This document shows positions 48,043 through 61,997 of a DNA stretch of 64,000 nt, in pieces. The position numbers and the translations under genes were made by a program. The stretch covers positions 4,464,001 through 4,528,000 of the forward strand of contig NC_092680.1 of the NCBI RefSeq assembly GCF_964355755.1, given 5' to 3'. Below the pieces are notes generated by a model that was not told where the DNA came from, searched no databases, and saw only the letters and a list, made by a program, of their open reading frames with translations. Every line of letters begins with the position of its first letter. Within the stretch, counting starts at the first letter, position 1. This DNA comes from Antedon mediterranea (lineage: Eukaryota; Animalia; Echinodermata).

Positions 48043-51000
48043 GTAAGTCCTTTTTTTTTAAATTTAGACGAAGAACTTGCCTTTCGTAGTAGGCCTACTA
48101 GCTAGGCCTGGGCCCTAGGCCTATTAGGCCTTGTCTAGCCTATAATCTATAGGGCCAGGCCTAGCTAGGCCCCTGCTGAGCTAGGGATCTAGGCCTAGGC
48201 AGTACCCACTACTACTTCTAGCGTAAGCCTTAAGGCTTCACTCACTGTTACTGTAGGCCTAGGCCTTACAGTATAAAAAGCTGTTATTACTATAATTAGG
48301 ATAATTATTTAACAAGCATCCATCATTATTAAATATCAATAAGCCATTACAACAACACAACAGAAATATTTATCAATCATGTTCATTTTGATTCGTTTAA
48401 AAGGCACCATCGCTCAAAATATATAGGCCTAGGATATATAATTATAGACTAGTTAGGGGCCTCTTACAGGCTAGAGACTGGCCTAGGTATAATATAAATA
48501 GGTAATAAGTAATGGTGAGGACAAGAATGACTGTGATCATTAAGGTCAATAATTTATTTTTCTTAGACATAATGTTTACGGCCGCCTCCTATAAATCGGC
48601 TACACCATTTTAAAAACTGAACATAAAGATTCACACTTGTTCATTTGTCCGTAATAAATACTGGCCTGTTCAATTTTTTCATGATTTTCTATTATTTAAC
48701 AACACAGTGTGCGCCATTTTCCGTTCCGTGAAATAGAACAATTATTGTGAATGTAACTAACCCTCTACGTTTCTTCCCCCCACCACCACCCCCCCCCCCC
48801 CCCCCCAAAAAAAGAAAATCAGCAGTGATAATTGGTATTGGATGATAATCGTCACAAATAATTTTCCCATTTTATTTAGAATAAAATTAATCTAAGTGTA
48901 AGTTGATTTTTTTCAGCTTCCTTTAAAACCATTTAAACCTTAAATGTTTATTTGGTTAAAACCTAACCTACTGTAGCCATTAAAGAAGCATCATGTGCTA
49001 ACACAAAATTGTTTATGTTCCTAATTGATAACTGAATCCATAAAGCCCATATTTTGCATTCTCTGCATACTTGATATCACTATGCTTCCTATTTGAATTG
49101 GATTACAAACTACATATTCATTAATGTGTTGGTAATGGACCTCTTTCATAGGATTGCCTTTTGTGAGATCCCATATTAAAAAGACACTAACGAGGGATAA
49201 TGGTTTTTAAGGGTTGGCCACCAATTTAGGAGATACACTATGCTGGGCCACAAGGAGACACTTGATCTCAAATGTGTACTTTATCTTAATAGGGGTTACT
49301 GTACTTTAGATTATCTACAGTACCTACCTGGATCTACCTGGATTTTTAGACTTAAACTTAAAGCGTTAATGCTTCTGTGTCCCTCTTGACCAGAACATAT
49401 TCTTTTTTTATTATATAGACTGTATGCAATATGTTTGTGTTTAAAATTAAATACTATATTACAATTAGATAGACAACTAATAATCAGTAAAACCTATACA
49501 CTTTGCAGCAGAATAATGTTACCTATAGAATACCATTAATGGTATTAATTAATACTGTAATTACAGTTTAGATAATAAATAAAATACCAAAATAATTATT
49601 TGAAAACATGCTGTTTCGGTTATCTCTTTTAAAGATTAATGCTATACTGTACTGTAGGTAACATGTACAGTACTTTACAGACTTGTATGTGTGCAGTATT
49701 GGGTCACCTGAGTCAGCATTGCTTGCTTTACTAGGTTATTTCATAATTTTGATAAACTAATTGTTTTTATCTTAAACTCTTGAATGACTAAATTCTTGAT
49801 GGTTCTTTATTATCATCCTTTATCAACTAAATACATTTTATGACATTGTACTTTACAGTACCAATTAATCAACACTGATAAATGATGCACAGATCAGCAG
49901 ATGTAACAATGTTGTATTAACAGTACAACACAGTTTTTTTTATAAATAATAAAAAGTAAGCATTTTATGCTTGAATTTCAAAATAAATGTAAATGAAAAA
50001 AAAAAATTTATTTTATTAATTAAAAAAAAATTATTATTAAATATTGTATTACACAATAATATTTTAATAGACAGAAGATATAAACAATTATTGTTTTAAA
50101 TACTGCTGTAGACATTTGATGCACTTGATGTAATATTAAACTAAAAATAAATTTAGCTACTATAAAAAAAAAGCATTATTTAGTATTTAGTAGTATGTAT
50201 GCATGTAATGATTTTTCAGTCTGTCACGTTAGACCATAAAACATTGAGAGATCATGTAGCATATGGCTAGCATAACAGGTTGTTATCATTTTTCATGAAT
50301 TCTTTCAACAATTTATTATCGTCAATTTCATCATATTCGTAAATTGAAAAAAACGAAATCTTGGTACTATGACAACTAGATCCTCTAAGAATTCATAATG
50401 TATTCTGCGAGTTAAACTTCGTATTTGTTCTGGATATTATTTTGAGGCTTGTACAAGGCGCTGTGTTTTGTATCATGTTGTACACGTTCGTTATAGATGG
50501 GTGTATTCAGTAGAAAATGTAAAGAAAGTATTAGTGTAATACAGCCTCGGAGGATAACATTTGCATGTCGTATGTCATCTACCTTTAATGGTTACGTCTT
50601 GATAATAATTTCCAGGTAAGATAAGCATTATCTGTGTTGTTTTTTACTCCTAATTAAACATTTGTCTCTTTTTAGATTTTCAAAGATCTTACACTACAGT
50701 ACTGTAGGTTGTGAATTTTCATTAATTAATGATTTAAGAAGCTGGCCACAAAATTCTGGCAGAAATGGACTAATTGATGACACTGTAATTAACAGTGGTT
50801 TATTTATTATGATGTTTAATATCTTAGTTTATTTCATATTATTTAGGGTTACAACCTACAGTATCCTCACTAATTATTTAAATGTAGCCTCTATCAGATA
50901 AACATTTTTAGATTTAAATGAAAAATTTTACTTTATCTGAATATCTGAAATCAATAATTTTGATTCAATTTCAAGAAAAATGAAGTAAACATTAATTTTG

Positions 51001-52568
51001 ATTCTATTGTTCATGTAAGTCTAAAGTGAAAAACATGTTAATTTGGTAATTACTGCAATTTGGTAATTACGCCTATTGTCTCTCTTCCAAAAACCATACG
51101 GTAGGCCGACAGTATGAAGATTGATTGTTTTATTTTTATTTTATTTTCTTTCTAATACTGTAGTGAAGAAATCGCAAGCACATTTTTTGGGTAACAAAAT
51201 ACTATTTTAGATGAGTGAGAATGAGATAAATATATTTTTTAACACATGTAATAATAGTCTAATACGTTCTTAAATCTATTGATACATTTTTACTCTAAAT
51301 TTTATTGCATTACAATTTTTTTTCTTTTCAAAATGAAAGTTTTTCTAATACTCCAAATGATATCAGTTGAGGCAGGAAAAGGTTTAGAACTGTGTGTAAA
51401 AATAAAAGTAAGGGCAAGTACAGTGAAGAGGAATTAATAGAAAAACATGGTTTTGTACAGATAGATATTTTGAAGTCGAAGCCAATGCTTTTTGTATCTT
51501 TTCCTCTGTAGTAAGTGTCCGTGTATTTCAAGCGCTTATCTCGGCTAAAACGACTTTGTTTATCTCCGCATCCACTAGCATTCTTGAAGATGTAAGTGGT
51601 ATTTATAGAACAGGTGATCTGAAAGCTCTCGGTAGGAAATAAAGTGCATCTAGTGCATGCAATCAGTTCAGTGGCCAATTATCTACCCGCATAGCTACCT
51701 ACAGGCTGCTACATATCAGGTTTCACCGGTGTTCAACATAGGTGCAACCGCCCATCCATAATAAATCGGCATGACACAGTTGGCCTAGCATTAATGACAG
51801 TGCATACCGTAGGGTAATTGACGTTGTTTTCCAGTATTAACTATTAGATATTGTATGAATACATTATAAAACGTGTAGTATTTCACAGGTACGACGTTAT
51901 TCATGGTTGTACAACACAAAATAAACATTATAATAGTAATGTATTGGCGAGTCTTATTGTACATAATCTAGACAGTAATAGTTGACAACATTCATGCATT
52001 AAATACCGCAATTAATGTTATGTTCAAACGAATTTCTTATGTATGAGTGTTAGTTTACCGATGTAACGCATAAACGTAATACGTATTGACTTGATGAAAA
52101 TCAATCTTAAAATCAATGGTTGTCATTGATTTTTTCAAGCAACACAGGATGAGAATTGTAGTCTGTATGTACCGTTGTATTCTATTATTGTTTTTGAGTT
52201 TACATTACATATATACATACAAACAACATTATGCTTCTTTCTCAAGTCGTTTATTTACCTTTTTTCAATTTCTTGTACTTTTTGTAGTAGCAGTCTCAGT
52301 ATACCACTGCGTTTTCAAGGGGCCCTATGACACATCATTAACATTGAAAGGATATTAAAATAGATTTTGAACCCTCCATACAGTAATAAGAAAAATTACA
52401 GCTGACATTTTTTGTTAAAATGACAATAATTTATCGACAAAGCAGTTTTAGTACATTCTACAGTACAATAATTGCAAACATGCCTCACATTTTAAAATCA
52501 TCCCATCTCCTTCTTTTAAAAGTAGGTGTAGTCCTTCAGGTTAATTTTAACTACTGATCCAAATTGAC

Positions 52569-52838
52569 TAAACCATTACCGTATATATCCTCTGATATAA
52601 TCCCACCTTGTTAGGACACGCAATTGGGCCGACTTTGTGGTGAAGACTATACCCAAGAAAACCCCGGTTCATGAAAAAATGATTGGAAAGGCAAAGCATA
52701 TGAACTGAATAGAGACACACAACCAGAACAAAAGTCAATACTGGGACTATATCCAGGAATACATTGTTTAGTTTGTGAAACTTAGACATAAAGTAGACCC
52801 AAAGTGGGATTATACCCGAGGATATGGTGGTAGTTTTA
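52569..52838. mobile_element. Degenerate MITE with inverted repeats of about 40 bp
   Basis: ATATCCTCTGATATAATCCCACCTT versus AAAGTGGGATTATACCCGAGGATAT. Confidence 0.5.
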
Positions 52839-53597
52839 ACAAAACCTTGGATTGTTTTTGTAAATTTAGGAAAATAGGTATAATTTCATACAGTATGAAA
52901 TTTCTAAAAATTGACCTGACCAAAACCGATGGGCCAGTTGGTGTATTGGTGATTTTACAGGCCCATCATGGGTTTTACTGGCCATTGGTCAAAATGGTTT
53001 GCCCATTAATAATTGTCAATGTATTAGCTACAGACAACAAAATTCTATTCTTTTTAATTGGTCATGGAATGTACTGTACATGGTCACCACATTACCTTTG
53101 TTTTTAAGAGGAAGTGGAGTACTGTAATTTGTTGTATTGACATGTGTTTTAAATCTCAAATCGATGAGTTGAAAAATCAAACAGTTCTGCTTTCTGATTG
53201 TAAATGTATTTTTGTACCTTCTCTAGATTCAGACTACTTTCAAATGTCCACAGAGATTGCCAATTTAAATTTACATTGAGCCTGTTTAAAATTACTGCAT
53301 ATCTGTAATTCTTTTTATGGAAAAAATAATAGGCTATTCAGTAGACAATAAAAAAGAATAACATTTCGAGAGAGATGCAATCTTTCCTTCACAATGAGCA
53401 TTCACAAAGACAAATAGGAATCAGTAATAAGGCATCATTCCCACTTCATGTGTAATTTTTTGGCTTTATTAATATTACACTCGGATTGCAGTATCTGCAG
53501 TAGTACTATGTGCACATTACATAACATTTGGTTTAGTAGAACCCCTCCTTTTCAACACCCCTATTCATGGAAATTTGATTTATTAGTACTTTGTATT

Positions 53598-54348
53598 GAC
53601 ACCTCTATTGATGGAACACCTATTCACGAAACACCTCTATTCAGGGGACACCTATTCACGAAACACCTCTATTCAGGGGACACCTATTCACGAAACACCT
53701 CTATTCAGGGGACGGGGACACCTATTCACAGGACACCTATTCACGGAACACCTCTATTCAGGAAACACCTATTCACGGAACACCTCTATTCAGGGAACAC
53801 CTATTCACAGGACACCTATTCACGGAACACCTCTATTCAGGGAACACCTATTCACGGAACACCTCTATTCAGGGAACACCTATTCACAGGACACCTATTC
53901 ACGGAACACCTCTATTCAGGGGACACCTATTCACGGACACCTATTCAGGGGACACCTATTCACGGGACACCTCTATTCAGGGGACACCTATTCACGGAAC
54001 ACCTCTATTCAGGGGACACCTATTCACGAAACACCTCTATTCAGGGGACACCTGTTCACGAAACACCTATTCACGGGACACCTATTCACGGGACACCTAT
54101 TCACGGGACACATATTCAGGGGACACCTATATTCAGGGGACACCTATTCACGGAACACCTCTATTCAGGGGACACCTATTCACGGAACACCTCTATTCAG
54201 GGGACACCTATTCACGGGACACCTAATATTCAGGGGACACCTATTCACGGGACACCTAATATTCAGGGGACACCTATTCACGGGACACCTAATATTCAGG
54301 GGACACCTATTCACGGGACACCTCTATTCAGGGGACACCTATTAAGGA
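53598..54348. repeat. Complex minisatellite of interspersed 14-17 bp units (ACACCTATTCACGGA/G and ACACCTCTATTCAGGGG)
   Basis: Directly visible array; it produces the stop-free ORFs 53448 and 53596. Confidence 0.95.
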
Positions 54349-54983
54349 CACACTTTTCTGTTAAAGAATCTAGATAGAAATACTGTACATGTGTTTTTTA
54401 CACTACGGCCAACCTTCATTCAGGGGACACCTATCTAATTTAAGAGAAAACTTTGTTGGTCCTAAAAGTGTTCCCTAAATAGAGGCCTTAACAAAGGTTT
54501 ATTCATACAGTATAATGCTATTCAAATAAAAACACAAAAATGATAATACAATGTGTCATGACTTATTGACTTAACATGGATAGTGTATCACTTGAATAAA
54601 TTGGATTGCCTCAGCAATATCAACAATAACTGACACTGGTGTAGTATGTAGCATTGTGTCTTAGGTTATTTTAATTAAGTATTTGATTCATTACTGTATA
54701 ATCTAATTATGTGGAATTGATCTGTCTAATGCAGACTCAGTGTTACAATACATGTGTTTATTTGACATTTATGTTGTCCATTACATAAATTAGTGCTGAG
54801 AAACCTCTAAAATGACCAAATAAGGATACAAGTTGAATAAATTAACATAATTAATGTAAAATTTAACAATAATATAATATTTATAACTGAAGTTTTTGTA
54901 AAAAAAAGAAAAAGAGAATAAAAAAAACTGTACTGTACTTTATAATTGAATTATTAATTACTGTATGTTTATTAAAAAATCCT

Positions 54984-55268
54984 AGCACTGGCAGACAATA
55001 TAATATAAAATATTTATTTTATTTTATGGGCTAAAAAATTAACTTACACATACTGTAGTGTAGTGCATCAGCCATACTAAATTGGAATATTTTGTCATTC
55101 CATCCAGTAGATAAATAATTTTAAAAAAACTTGCACTGGTGGTAGACAGAAAATAAAAGATATTTATTTTTATTTTATGGGCTAAAAATTTAAATTTACA
55201 AGTAAATGCATCAGCCATACTACAGTAAATTGAAATATTTTGTCATTCCATCCAGCAGATAAATAATT
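54984..55268. repeat. Tandem duplication, about 149 bp period
   Basis: GCACTGG...TATTTATTTTATTTTATGGGCTAAAAA...GCATCAGCCATACTA...TTGTCATTCCATCCAG.AGATAAATAATT occurs twice. Confidence 0.85.
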
Positions 55269-56005
55269 CAGCCTTAAAGTCTATTTTTGTTTATATCGTC
55301 AATATGATACGAATGCAAGATTTAAATTATAATTATTTTAGTCAATCGCAGCAGAGTCCTAATTCACATCCTACGTACGTACGTCTGTTGTCGACATGAC
55401 CTGACTCATAATATCCTGAATTTATATTTATTGACGTAGAGAGCGGCGCTTTTTATAGCGCGCCATTCTTCGTTGGTAAATTCAGTGAAATCGTTAGCAC
55501 TTTTGACAGGAAATTATGCTATTGATTCTCTTTTATTTTCATTTATTTTGATATTGCATTTTGTCGTGGTTGATGAACCCATTTGTGTCAGCTATTGGGT
55601 GCCATTAATACAAGGATCAATTTCCTCTTACTGTTTGCCATTCAATTAGTAACCTATATTGTTATTATAATATTAAATTTTGCTACTCTTTCGTTTGTAT
55701 TTTATATTTTAGTGTATAATTTATTTATTGTACTAATAATTGTTGAGTTGGTGAACAGTTCAATAAGGATCAATTTTAAGCTCAGCTACAGGCATGTATT
55801 TCGGATATATTTAGTAAAATGCTACGTACATAAATTAAAAACTTAAAATAAATAATTTTGCTATTTTCAGTAGTGAATAACACTAGCAGTTATATCCGGT
55901 GGCTCTTTAGAAAATGAAATGAAAATAGTGGACACATAAATGTCTTTTTTTAAATAGTTTTTCAATATTCATTTAAATTGTTTCCAAATACAAAACAAAT
56001 AGACA

Positions 56006-56051
56006 AAACATGTGCTAAACACCTAGGCGCCTAGGTGTTTAGCACATGTTT
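56006..56051. repeat. Perfect 46-bp palindrome with no spacer
   Basis: AAACATGTGCTAAACACCTAGGC|GCCTAGGTGTTTAGCACATGTTT. Confidence 0.97.
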
Positions 56052-57395
56052 AGCGCTAGTTGGCCAATAATGATATACAATGTTGGTCATCTTTTATCAT
56101 GTTGTTGTTGTGGTTGATTACTATAGGCTACTAAAGTGCTATCAGTATAAGGATGTATTTCACACTACTTTTGTAAAATTAATCATTGTCAAGTTTATTA
56201 ACCTATTGTCTCCATTATTAGATTTTTGAAAAATGCAAATTCAATTTATATTAGTGTGATTTACCCAATTTTGTAATAATATTAATTACCTGTTGTTTCT
56301 AAAACCCATTTCTGGAGAAGAGATCATTTTTGTAATTCTGCAGTACAAAATTGATCTCTTTACATGTTTATCATTACAAAATTACATTTCATTATGATAA
56401 TTCTCAACATTTTATCCATGGTTGTTATAATACTACAATGTAATTGATATTAAATACTAATATTGAATTTTTTAAATAAAAAAATCTAAATACTTATTTT
56501 CTTTTATTTTTAACTAATAATTTATTTCAATGTAACAAAGGAATCCTGTGTGAAAGATGTTTGTCACCCTCTATAGTACAAGTAAATTATCCATGCATAA
56601 CAGTACGCAAAGTTCATGTCATGTAAAAATGTAAATTAGAATATTCCTATGTGTTTGTGTCAAATTCGTTATAGCCGTGATGATCTCTGATACTAAGTTG
56701 TTATGGCTCAAAATATATTTGTTTTTATTTTCTGAATTACTATACACTGCAGTATTTATTACTTTGTACCATCTACTTTTTCAAAAAATTTGCAGTTGAG
56801 CACATCATAGTAAAATTAGTAAGATTACTCACATCATATTTTACCTTTTTTTTAATGAATTAAAATTTATGCAAGAACAAACATTTTTTTTGTGTATATA
56901 ATTTAATAAAGCTAACATTTTCTAATAAACAATCATACAATAATAGGCACTTGTTTCATTATTATTATTATTGTTTAGTTTTCTTGTCTTGTAATTGTTA
57001 CCTATTCAAAAATATTGTTTTGCATACCATTACCAATTATCATCATTAATATCAAATCAGACAGAAGTTCGTAATGTATACTGTTTGATGCTTATTTATC
57101 TCTTTCTCCCTCTCCCCTCCCCCCTCTCCCCACCACATTCTCTATAAAGTTATAATGCTCCACTTACAGTATGTTTAAAAAATCAAAAATATATATTGTA
57201 TATACTACAAATAAAATTATTAACATTGCACAAAACTACAAAGAATTCTAAATTAAGTTGAGACACTATTCTGAACTAAACCACTTTCAACAGTAAAATG
57301 CATTAATATTTAAGTACAATTTCTTTACGTCATAATTTTCAAATCTCCTCTGAATATCTTAAGATTTGGACCTAGACAGTTGTCTATTTAAGATG

Positions 57396-57509
57396 TCTCA
57401 TATATGGACATGATTATGTCATATCACTACCATATTTGGGCATATTACTACCATATTTGGGAACATCACACTTGTTTTGTCAAACTAGTTTGATAGTGTA
57501 GACAGAGCT
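57396..57509. mobile_element. MITE family A, copy 6 (left-truncated)
   Basis: Core ATATATGGACATG... and right TIR AGTTTGATAGTGTAGACAGAGCT|TAA. Confidence 0.82.
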
Positions 57510-58945
57510 TAAGAAACCACTTTGCGGCTCATATTTAATACATTATTCAAAAGTGAGTTTTAACAGTTGAATAATCAATGAATATATAGCTGATGAACAA
57601 GTAAGTGAGATTTGTACTGTATCAAATTCTCACTAGTAATAGTATCTTTAATTTTCTTCCTATTTTTTAAAAATAATATAATAATAATATGTAATAAGTA
57701 TACATTAAGTGAGGTTAATGACCCTCTACCAATAGTTAGAAGGGTTTATTAGTTTCAGAAATAAAAGAAGAATTTTCAATTATATAGAATAGGGAGAAAT
57801 TTTTATTCCATTTTCCCAATTTACACTAGACATTTATAGGTTTTTAAACCTTAAATTGCTTAAAAAAAAAAAAAAAATCCATCGTAAAATACAGTATTTC
57901 AAACATTTTTAATGTTTTACAATTTTCGTTTTTTGTGATTGTGTGTCCACAAATTAACCAACATCGTTTATGATCATATTATAAGCGTATTATTAGGAAT
58001 CAGCATGCCATCAGAATGAGGGACTCAATGGAAGATTGGGGAAATCCCTTTCTTATCAGGGATGCTTTTTAAGTTTAAATGGGTCATGTGTTCTAGGCCT
58101 CCAAGAAGACTTTTTCCATCACCAGAACTATATAAGGAGGGATTTAACATTTTTAATATTGATTTTTTTTACCAATCTTAAGTAGGTTGCTGTATTTAAT
58201 AGCGCCATTTTGTACCGTTTTTACCGTTTTGTAACTTCATGTTTTTGATGATTATTAGTTTGTACCTTCTACATGAGAAGGAAACACTGTTGACCTGTAT
58301 TTCTCAATTATTAACTATGCTATTTTATTACTATATTTCAATTTATATAATAACGTTTTTGAATTCAATACACACGCTTATTTGAATTTTCATCATAAAA
58401 TTTGCGTAATAACCTTCTTTTGTTACTTTCTTCTTTAATGCTGAATCAACTCTTGAGCAACGTTATTCCAATGCCGGTCTGAGAATTTAATTGTACAGAG
58501 TACCCTTTATCTATCCAACAGCTTATTATTTATTCTTTGAATAAAGTAGTAAGTGTTAGGTAATTTAGTTAAAATGCATTATGCGATGGTAGTCATGCTA
58601 ATTTAACGGATTGTGTGTGTTGATTGTGGATGGCGTAGTATTGAAATGATCCGTCTACCAGTAGAAGAAACCCATTATAACAGTTGAGATACAGAGAAGC
58701 TATTGATTTAACATTCTGTACTGTTTAGTCCCAACGAGTCAGCTCATTCAGTCGTTTCACAAATGAGCAAATTATTAAAATGCACGCTACAGTAGGTTTA
58801 TGCCAATTGATATCAAGCAAGACAACGATGATGAGGCTGTGAGGAGAAGGAGGAGGAGTCGTAGAAGTAGGAGTGTGGTAGTACCATCAAAGAGGCCTAA
58901 ACAATACACAATAATTGGAATATACAGTTTACTCGGATTTAATAT

Positions 58946-59000
58946 ATGAAAATGATAGCAGATTTCGAATGTATATATGAAATCGACCCCGAAAACAATG
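58946..59000 (+). CDS. Candidate alternative first coding exon of gene E (MKMIADFECIYEIDPENN-G)
   Basis: ATG-led open frame ending at donor AATG|GTAAGG, phase 1 like the exon at 48000, preceded by a UTR-like purine-rich segment. Confidence 0.5.
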
Positions 59001-61521
59001 GTAAGGTAATATAATATGATATTTTCAACTGATGTATTTTTTAGATTATTTCTATTATTGTCAATGTTATATCTAATGTCCTGAAATTATATTATTTTCA
59101 TCTAAGGACATGTATTGTCTATTCTAAACATACTAGTACTGTCGGTATGCTCACATAAATTTAGAGCAATAAAATAAATGATTTATACAGAATGAATTGG
59201 CAACATTAGCTTGGCTTTGATTTAAATCTAGGTTGGTTTGTCCATTGTGTGTTGCTGTGCTGTTGTTGAGTCATCAGTATATTTTTGAAATGTAGAAAAA
59301 TGTATTATTTGTAATTCAAACAATAGCGAAATAGTGCAGTACATTAGGAGAAGTAATTGTATTATATAAGTACAGACATGTTAATGTGATGACCATATAT
59401 GGCCTAGTAATAGTATGCTCATACTAAATCTCTCCAAAATGTCATACTTCATCATCCATACAATAGAGAATATTTGTTTGTATTGGTTAATTCTACAGGT
59501 TTTTTAAAACAAATCTATACAGCTATACATTTTGGTTGAATATCATCAAAATTCATAATTACAGTATTCTAATTTCTAACGAGTGTCGGGTGTTCTTAAT
59601 TGATGGATAGCCAAGGTTGATGGTACTTGTTGTTTCCAGTAATTGCATTACTAATTACATTCATAAACAAAACAATAGCATCATAATATGATGTTTCCCT
59701 TTTTGTATATCCAAACAATGCAATCAAATAATTGTGTACACATTACATCTATCTTGTATATAATATCTGACTGTACATATACAGTACAATGGATGTGTGC
59801 AACAAACAAAATGTAGCGAATGTGTGGGAATTTAGACAACATTTTGGTCGCCATATTGGAGCCAAGATGGCAGCTAATTCTCAAATGTGGAACTTTCCCA
59901 GTACAATTCCGATCATTTTGATAAACCATCTATGGATGATGCATGTAGTAGTGATCATTTGTATTCAACAAACAACAAACAAGTACTGTACTGTAAAACT
60001 GTAATCATTCTTTATAGATACTGTAGATATTATATATTATAGGCAAATTGTACATATTTTTGTTGCTATTACAGTAGTTCCATAGTATTGTTTATTGAGA
60101 TTTGGGTTCATGATCATTTGAATCCACCCAAATAGAACATCTTCAAACTATAATTATAAATTACTTTAAGAAAGAATTTATTTTAAATGGAAAATTGTTA
60201 TGGAAGGTAACAAAAATGTATAGTTAGTAGTGTACTAAAACAAAAATCTAAGCGCCATTCTAGTAAAGATAAAAACTGTATCATATCATTAGATTGTCAT
60301 TATTTTCTTAAACTACAGACTATATGAATAACTGTGTACTGTACCCCAAAGACAAATATTAGTCAGCGCATAATTGCCATTTTAATTTAAAATCAAGTAC
60401 GGTACAGTACTGTATATCTTTTTGCTTAAAATCTAATATTACTTTTTCACTTCCTGTTTCCTATTAAATGAAGGTGCAGTATGATTGTTGTTTATAATTA
60501 TTTTTATTTGTTTTATTATATTGATAATTATTTTTATAGTTGAGTCATTGTCCCTAGGGTGGTTTATATAACTGGATGTTTTATTATCTATGAGAGTTCA
60601 TCTTCAGGTCATACTTAATGTATGCTCTAATTGTTGATTTTAAACAACTGTATTTTGTACTAATTTATTTTATTTCTACTGAGTGCTACTGTACTGTTTG
60701 TAATGAAAAACATATTTTTGACACTGATATCATGGATGCAATTAGTCACATTAATTTTTTTAAATCTATAAACATAAGGATATACTGTACCATCATTTTC
60801 CTGAAACTTTGAACAACCAACTACCTAAAATTAATTGTTAATTTTAAAATCACTGTAAACCCACATAACAAAATTTGACTATAGAGATTTATAATATTTC
60901 AGCAAGCTGGTAATGTACAGTCAGTAGGTTTCCTATACCGTAGTTATTAGTATGACCTTAATAGGATCACACTATTATAATCCATAATTTAAACACTAAA
61001 ATGATTTTTCAGTTGATCACATTTCTATTCCTAGGCGTTAAAATGTAACAAACTATTATTCTCACCTCATCCCCAGTAAGGTGAAGTGGTTGTCATTTTT
61101 CTTGATTATTGGATTTTATTTAATAGTTTTCATCATTGATATAGTTAGTTTTATACTATCTACGTTTTTCGTGTTTTGTGATACGTGTATTCAGATACTG
61201 ACCCAACCAAGACCCGAATTTGGTCCTTTACAAGGTACCACAAATAACAATTGTAATTGAGAAGTTTTTAAAATGGTTAAATATTATTATTATTTCTCTT
61301 AAAACAAAAAGAAAATATTCATTGGCCATGCTAATAAAAAGTATGGAAAATTTTTTTTAACTGGAAAAATTAATGGAAAGGAAAGCAGACTAGAAAGGTA
61401 AATAGTCAATTCCTACAAACAATAACCAACAACTAGGAACTATAGCTTGAACTTTATGTGACAAAAAAAATGCTATGTGCCCATATATGGACATGATGAT
61501 GTCATATCAGTACCATGTTTA

Positions 61522-61701
61522 AGCTTGGTTCCCACTAGAACGTAACGCAAGGACGTAAACGCAGCGCAAGCATTTTAACCAATGACAAGCGAAGTTATAG
61601 ATAGTTTAGCAATCACAAGCGAATAAGCCATCGCTTGTGATTGGTCAATTAACTTGCGTTGCGTTACGTCCTTGTGCTGCGTCGCTAGTGGGAACCACGC
61701 T
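61522..61701. mobile_element. MITE family B (PIF/Harbinger-like), intact
   Basis: TTA|AGCTTGGTTCCCACTAG ... CTAGTGGGAACCACGCT|TTA. Confidence 0.9.
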
Positions 61702-61714
61702 TTAGGCATACAGT

Positions 61715-61997
61715 ATTGATTGAATGTATATTTATACTGGGTAACCTCTTCAGTCAAAGACTGGTCTCCCAGAGGGCCCAGTTGGTGATCAGTGGCTGTA
61801 ATGTACTAATACACCGGGGTAACCCCCTACTCGTCTCGAAAGATGTACTAGGTTCTTTAAAGTGCACACGAGCTAGATGTGTACACTGGACCTACGGTTT
61901 ATAGTCCTTATCCGAGAAGACTCGTTCTACCACCAGAACCGATGTCATGGCTACGTAATTACGGTTCCACTGTCTTAACCGCTCGGCCACTCACTCC
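61715..61997 (-). mobile_element. Deu-domain SINE (DeuSINE-like)
   Basis: Minus-strand head GGAGTGAGTGGCCGAGCGG (A box; B box degraded or deleted). Central CCCCTACTC..CGAAA..TTCTTTAA..GGACCT.CGGTTTA..GTC.TATCCGA resembles the Deu domain as recalled from consensus. (CAAT)n tail. Confidence 0.75.

Noticed and set aside
50560-50620. Another possible first exon of gene E (donor CCAG|GTAAGA)
   Set aside because: The only ATG-open frame ends in phase 2, incompatible with the two phase-1 candidates; insufficient support.
53598-54348. CRISPR-like array
   Set aside because: No unique spacers, eukaryotic context and no cas genes.
53448-54377. Long ORFs of 309 aa and 249 aa
   Set aside because: They are stop-free translations of a minisatellite, open in more than one frame, with no splice or domain support.
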